A stretch of 38,851 nucleotides of DNA, taken from IMG/VR virus record IMGVR_UViG_3300025687_000123, positions 1 through 38,851 of that record. One strand, 5' to 3'. Positions within the stretch are counted from its first letter, which is position 1; each line of letters starts with the position of its first letter. Below are positions 35,775-38,851 of this stretch, piece after piece. The position numbers and the translations under genes are program-made. The notes beneath the pieces were generated by a model, which did no database searches, was not told the DNA's origin, and worked only from the letters and a program-made list of their open reading frames with translations. The stretch comes from a virus (taxonomy: Duplodnaviria > Caudoviricetes).

Positions 35775-38700
35775 TTAAACAACCCTAACCTTCAAGTTAT
35801 TACCTGCCAAGGCTGTAATCCTTACCTTGTCCTGAGCAGGAGCATCAAAGTCATAGTCAGTTCCTAAGACCGCACCTTTGTTCAACACGTTAGCATCGTA
35901 GTTAATTGCTACGCCGTCTGACGAAGGCACTGTAGTCCCTGATGTCAGGTTGAAGATTATCGCTAGATCAAGATCGTTACCCAAGGATATATGGTTCGGG
36001 TCTGTTACTGCGTCTAGTTGAGTCTTGTCCATTTGGTTGATGTAGTTTGTTGAACCAAGTGTATATTCGTTAACGTCGTTTCCGTCGTCACCAACAATAA
36101 ACATTTTAGTTCCGTCTGAATTAAATGCTATGCCTCTTGGGCTTGTTTCTTGTGAGGCTACTGAAAAATTTTGAGAATAAGACGCTGTTGAAACATCAAA
36201 TCCTGTGCCTAGTGTGTATTCATTTACGTCTTCTCCAGCATTACCAACAATGAACATCTTAGTTCCATCGGTGTTAAAAGCTATTCCTGTTGGAGCTGTG
36301 TCTTGAGAAGATACAGAAAAATTCTGGGAATAAGACGCTGTAGAAACGTCAAACCCTGTGCCTAATGTATATTCATTTACGTCATCTCCAATCGCCCCAA
36401 CAATAAACATTTTAGTGCCATCGGTGTTGAATGCTATATCTTGTGGGCTTGATTCTTGTGCTTGTACAGAAAAGTTCTGAGAGTAGGATGCTGTTGAAAC
36501 ATCAAAGCCTGTGCTTAGTGTGTACTCGTTTACATCATCTCCAGTAATGCCAACGATAAACATTTTGGTGCCGTCATTGTTAAAGGCTATTCCTTGTGGT
36601 TGTGTTTCTTCTGAGGCTACAGAGAAGTTTTGGGAATAGGATGCTGTGGAAACATCAAACCCTGTACTTAGTGTGTATTCGTTAACATCATCTCCAAGAG
36701 TGCCAACAATAAACATTTTTGTTCCGTCGTTGTTAAAGGCTATTCCTGTTGGTTCTACTTCTTGTGCAGATACAGAAAAGTTCTGAGAATAAGAAGCTGT
36801 GCTTACATCAAACGCATTAACAACATTAACAGCACCTTCCATAGCCTCAGCCAACGTAGCTAACTCTGTGTTAGTCGTGCCGTTAGTCCAAGTCTCTGAA
36901 GCGTATGTGCTGTTAGAGTTGTACTGCCAAGTACCACCGTTGTTCCTGACAATATCTCGAATACCATCTGTGTTATCCGCAATAGACCATGTGGTTCTAT
37001 CGTCTGTAGAGATAGCGTAGTAGACGTTACCGTCACCTGCGGCTTGGTCTGCTGTCATGGAGTTAATGTCAGTCCAGTAGGTAGAGTCTGTTGACTGTGT
37101 TGTGTGGGCTGCGTTGTAACCAGATGGAATCGCTGTTTCGCCTATGTTGTATTCGCGGACCAATTTTGAATTTGTACCACAAATATACATTTTTAAACCG
37201 TCTGGTTTGAAGGTTAATCCAATAGGGGCCAATTCTTGCGAGCTAATGCTAAAGGTCTGCAAATAGCTGGCTGTTGAAACATCATAAGCGGTTGAAAGAT
37301 TGTATTCATAAACACCAAAGCTGGCAGAACCAATTACATACATTTTTGTTCCGTCAGAATTAAAATCTATATCATCAGGTGAAGTGTCTTGAGAACTAAC
37401 ACTAAACGCATCAACAAAGCTGGCACTTGAAATATCCCAAGCGGTTGAAAGTGTGTATTCATTTACATCATCGCCGGTGGCACCTGTTATAAACATTTTG
37501 GTTCCATCTGGATTAAATTTTATTCCGCTTGGCTCAGTCTCTTGGGAAGAAACCGACAAAACACGAACGTAAGATGCGGTTGAAATATCCCACGCTGCTG
37601 AAAGAGAATACTGGTTTACTTCAACGCCGCCGATTCCAACGATATACATATTAGTTCCATCGGGGCTAAAATCTAAACCTTGAGGATTTGATTCTTGTGT
37701 ACCAACAGAAAAAGTGGTGTTAAAAGTTGCTGTAGTTACATCCCAAGCAGTTGAAAGATCATATTCATCAACTGCATCATCTGTAAGGCCCGTCACAAAC
37801 ATTTTTGTGCCATCTGGCTTAAAGCGAACGCATCCGGGCAAAGTATCCGAAAGTGCGGGTGAAGATTGTAAAAAAGAAGCCGTTGAAATATCAAAAACCC
37901 CAACAACAGTTCCACTCAACTCCAAATCACCATCAGTGGTGTTATACACTACGGCGTACATCTCCCAGTTACCTGAAGCTACTTGGGCGTATGAAGTAGG
38001 TGCTGTGGTTTCTACAAAGGCACCACCTGTAGATGTGAGGATAAACTCACCAGAGTTAGCGTAGATTGTCTTGCCTACGTCTGCTGAGGCGAATGAGCCT
38101 GTGCCGAGTAATAAAGAAGAATAGCTTAGATCGTATTCGTTTACGTCATCTCCAGTATCGCCAACAATAAACATTTTAGTCCCATTAGCATTAAAGGCTA
38201 TTCCGAATGGAGTTGCTTCTTGTGCAGATACGGAAAAGTTTTGGGAGTATGTTGCTGTTGAAACATCAAATCCTGTTCCTAATGTATATTCGTTTACGTC
38301 ATCTCCATCAGTTCCAACAATAAACATCTTTGTTCCATCGGTGTTAAAGGCTATTCCTCTTGGGTTTGTGTCTTGTGCAGATACTGAAAAGGCATCTACA
38401 AAAGTAGCCGTTGAAACATCAAAACCTGTGCCTAGTGTGTATTCGTTGACATCTTGTCCAGTACTGCCAACAATAAACATCTTAGTGCCATCGGTGTTGA
38501 AGGCTATTGCGAATGGGCCTGTGTCTTCTGTTGCTACTGAAAAGTTTTGAGAGTATGTCGCAGTAGAAACATCAAAACCTGTGCCTAGTGTGTACTCGTT
38601 GACGTCATCTCCAGCATTGCCAACAATAAACATCTTGGTTCCATCAGTGTTAAAGGCTATTCCTCTTGGGGATGTTTCTTGTGCAGATACGGAAAAGTTC

Positions 38701-38851
38701 TGAGAGTAAGTCGCTGTTGATACATCAAAGCCTGTGCTAAGAGTATATTCATTTACGTCTTGCCCTGCGAAACCAACAATAAACATCTTGGTGCCGTCTG
38801 TATTGAACGCTATATCTTGTGGGGTTGTATCTTGTGAAGATACGGAAAAGT
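35775..38851 (-). CDS. Beta-propeller repeat receptor-binding/tail protein, allele B (5' end continues at 2364-2718; 1143 aa when joined)
   Basis: The 1003-aa ORF has three blocks of five repeats; joining through the 127-bp overlap adds 140 in-frame codons from ATG 2718. Confidence 0.88.
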   Translation of the reverse strand, partial: FSVSSQDTTPQDIAFNTDGTKMFIVGFAGQDVNEYTLSTGFDVSTATYSQNFSVSAQETSPRGIAFNTDGTKMFIVGNAGDDVNEYTLGTGFDVSTATYSQNFSVATEDTGPFAIAFNTDGTKMFIVGSTGQDVNEYTLGTGFDVSTATFVDAFSVSAQDTNPRGIAFNTDGTKMFIVGTDGDDVNEYTLGTGFDVSTATYSQNFSVSAQEATPFGIAFNANGTKMFIVGDTGDDVNEYDLSYSSLLLGTGSFASADVGKTIYANSGEFILTSTGGAFVETTAPTSYAQVASGNWEMYAVVYNTTDGDLELSGTVVGVFDISTASFLQSSPALSDTLPGCVRFKPDGTKMFVTGLTDDAVDEYDLSTAWDVTTATFNTTFSVGTQESNPQGLDFSPDGTNMYIVGIGGVEVNQYSLSAAWDISTASYVRVLSVSSQETEPSGIKFNPDGTKMFITGATGDDVNEYTLSTAWDISSASFVDAFSVSSQDTSPDDIDFNSDGTKMYVIGSASFGVYEYNLSTAYDVSTASYLQTFSISSQELAPIGLTFKPDGLKMYICGTNSKLVREYNIGETAIPSGYNAAHTTQSTDSTYWTDINSMTADQAAGDGNVYYAISTDDRTTWSIADNTDGIRDIVRNNGGTWQYNSNSTYASETWTNGTTNTELATLAEAMEGAVNVVNAFDVSTASYSQNFSVSAQEVEPTGIAFNNDGTKMFIVGTLGDDVNEYTLSTGFDVSTASYSQNFSVASEETQPQGIAFNNDGTKMFIVGITGDDVNEYTLSTGFDVSTASYSQNFSVQAQESSPQDIAFNTDGTKMFIVGAIGDDVNEYTLGTGFDVSTASYSQNFSVSSQDTAPTGIAFNTDGTKMFIVGNAGEDVNEYTLGTGFDVSTASYSQNFSVASQETSPRGIAFNSDGTKMFIVGDDGNDVNEYTLGSTNYINQMDKTQLDAVTDPNHISLGNDLDLAIIFNLTSGTTVPSSDGVAINYDANVLNKGAVLGTDYDFDAPAQDKVRITALAGNNLKVRVV
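38725..38851. repeat. 127-bp exact repeat, copy 2 (window end)
   Basis: Identical to 2237-2363. Confidence 0.95.

Noticed and set aside
35775-38851. Allele pair as a diversity-generating retroelement template/variable region
   Set aside because: No reverse transcriptase in the window; differences are not adenine-restricted and span kilobases.

Overview
The window looks like an essentially complete genome of a P22-like podovirus of a Gram-negative, probably proteobacterial, host (host is inferred from sigma70-type promoters and a lipobox protein). The last 127 nt (38725-38851) exactly repeat 2237-2363, implying a 36,488-bp circle, while 1-2236 is a second, collinear but divergent allele of the gene that spans the junction. 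A control region at about 29050-29610 separates two arms. The rightward arm encodes ERF, YqaJ exonuclease, an SSB-like protein, NinG, NinB-like, PD-(D/E)XK-like and DUF3310 proteins. The long leftward arm encodes small early genes, an SF2 helicase, a primase-type zinc finger, TerS, TerL, portal, a polyvalent ART/methyltransferase protein, scaffold, coat, gp4/gp10-like tail proteins, a GNAT, ejection proteins, tail fibre, chaperone, a 3x5-repeat beta-propeller protein, a metallophosphoesterase and the lysis genes. I recognised no integrase, repressor, DNA polymerase, reverse transcriptase, tRNA or CRISPR array. Best leads: (1) a C-terminal A-[TK]-Y-E tag shared by the scaffold and three small basic proteins, a possible capsid-loading signal; (2) two propeller alleles with one whole module swapped; (3) a polyvalent protein whose modules are bounded by a repeated linker; (4) tandem NrdR-like boxes beside a structured non-coding segment; (5) twin hairpins in the scaffold leader. 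All family calls are motif recognition by eye; no searches were run.
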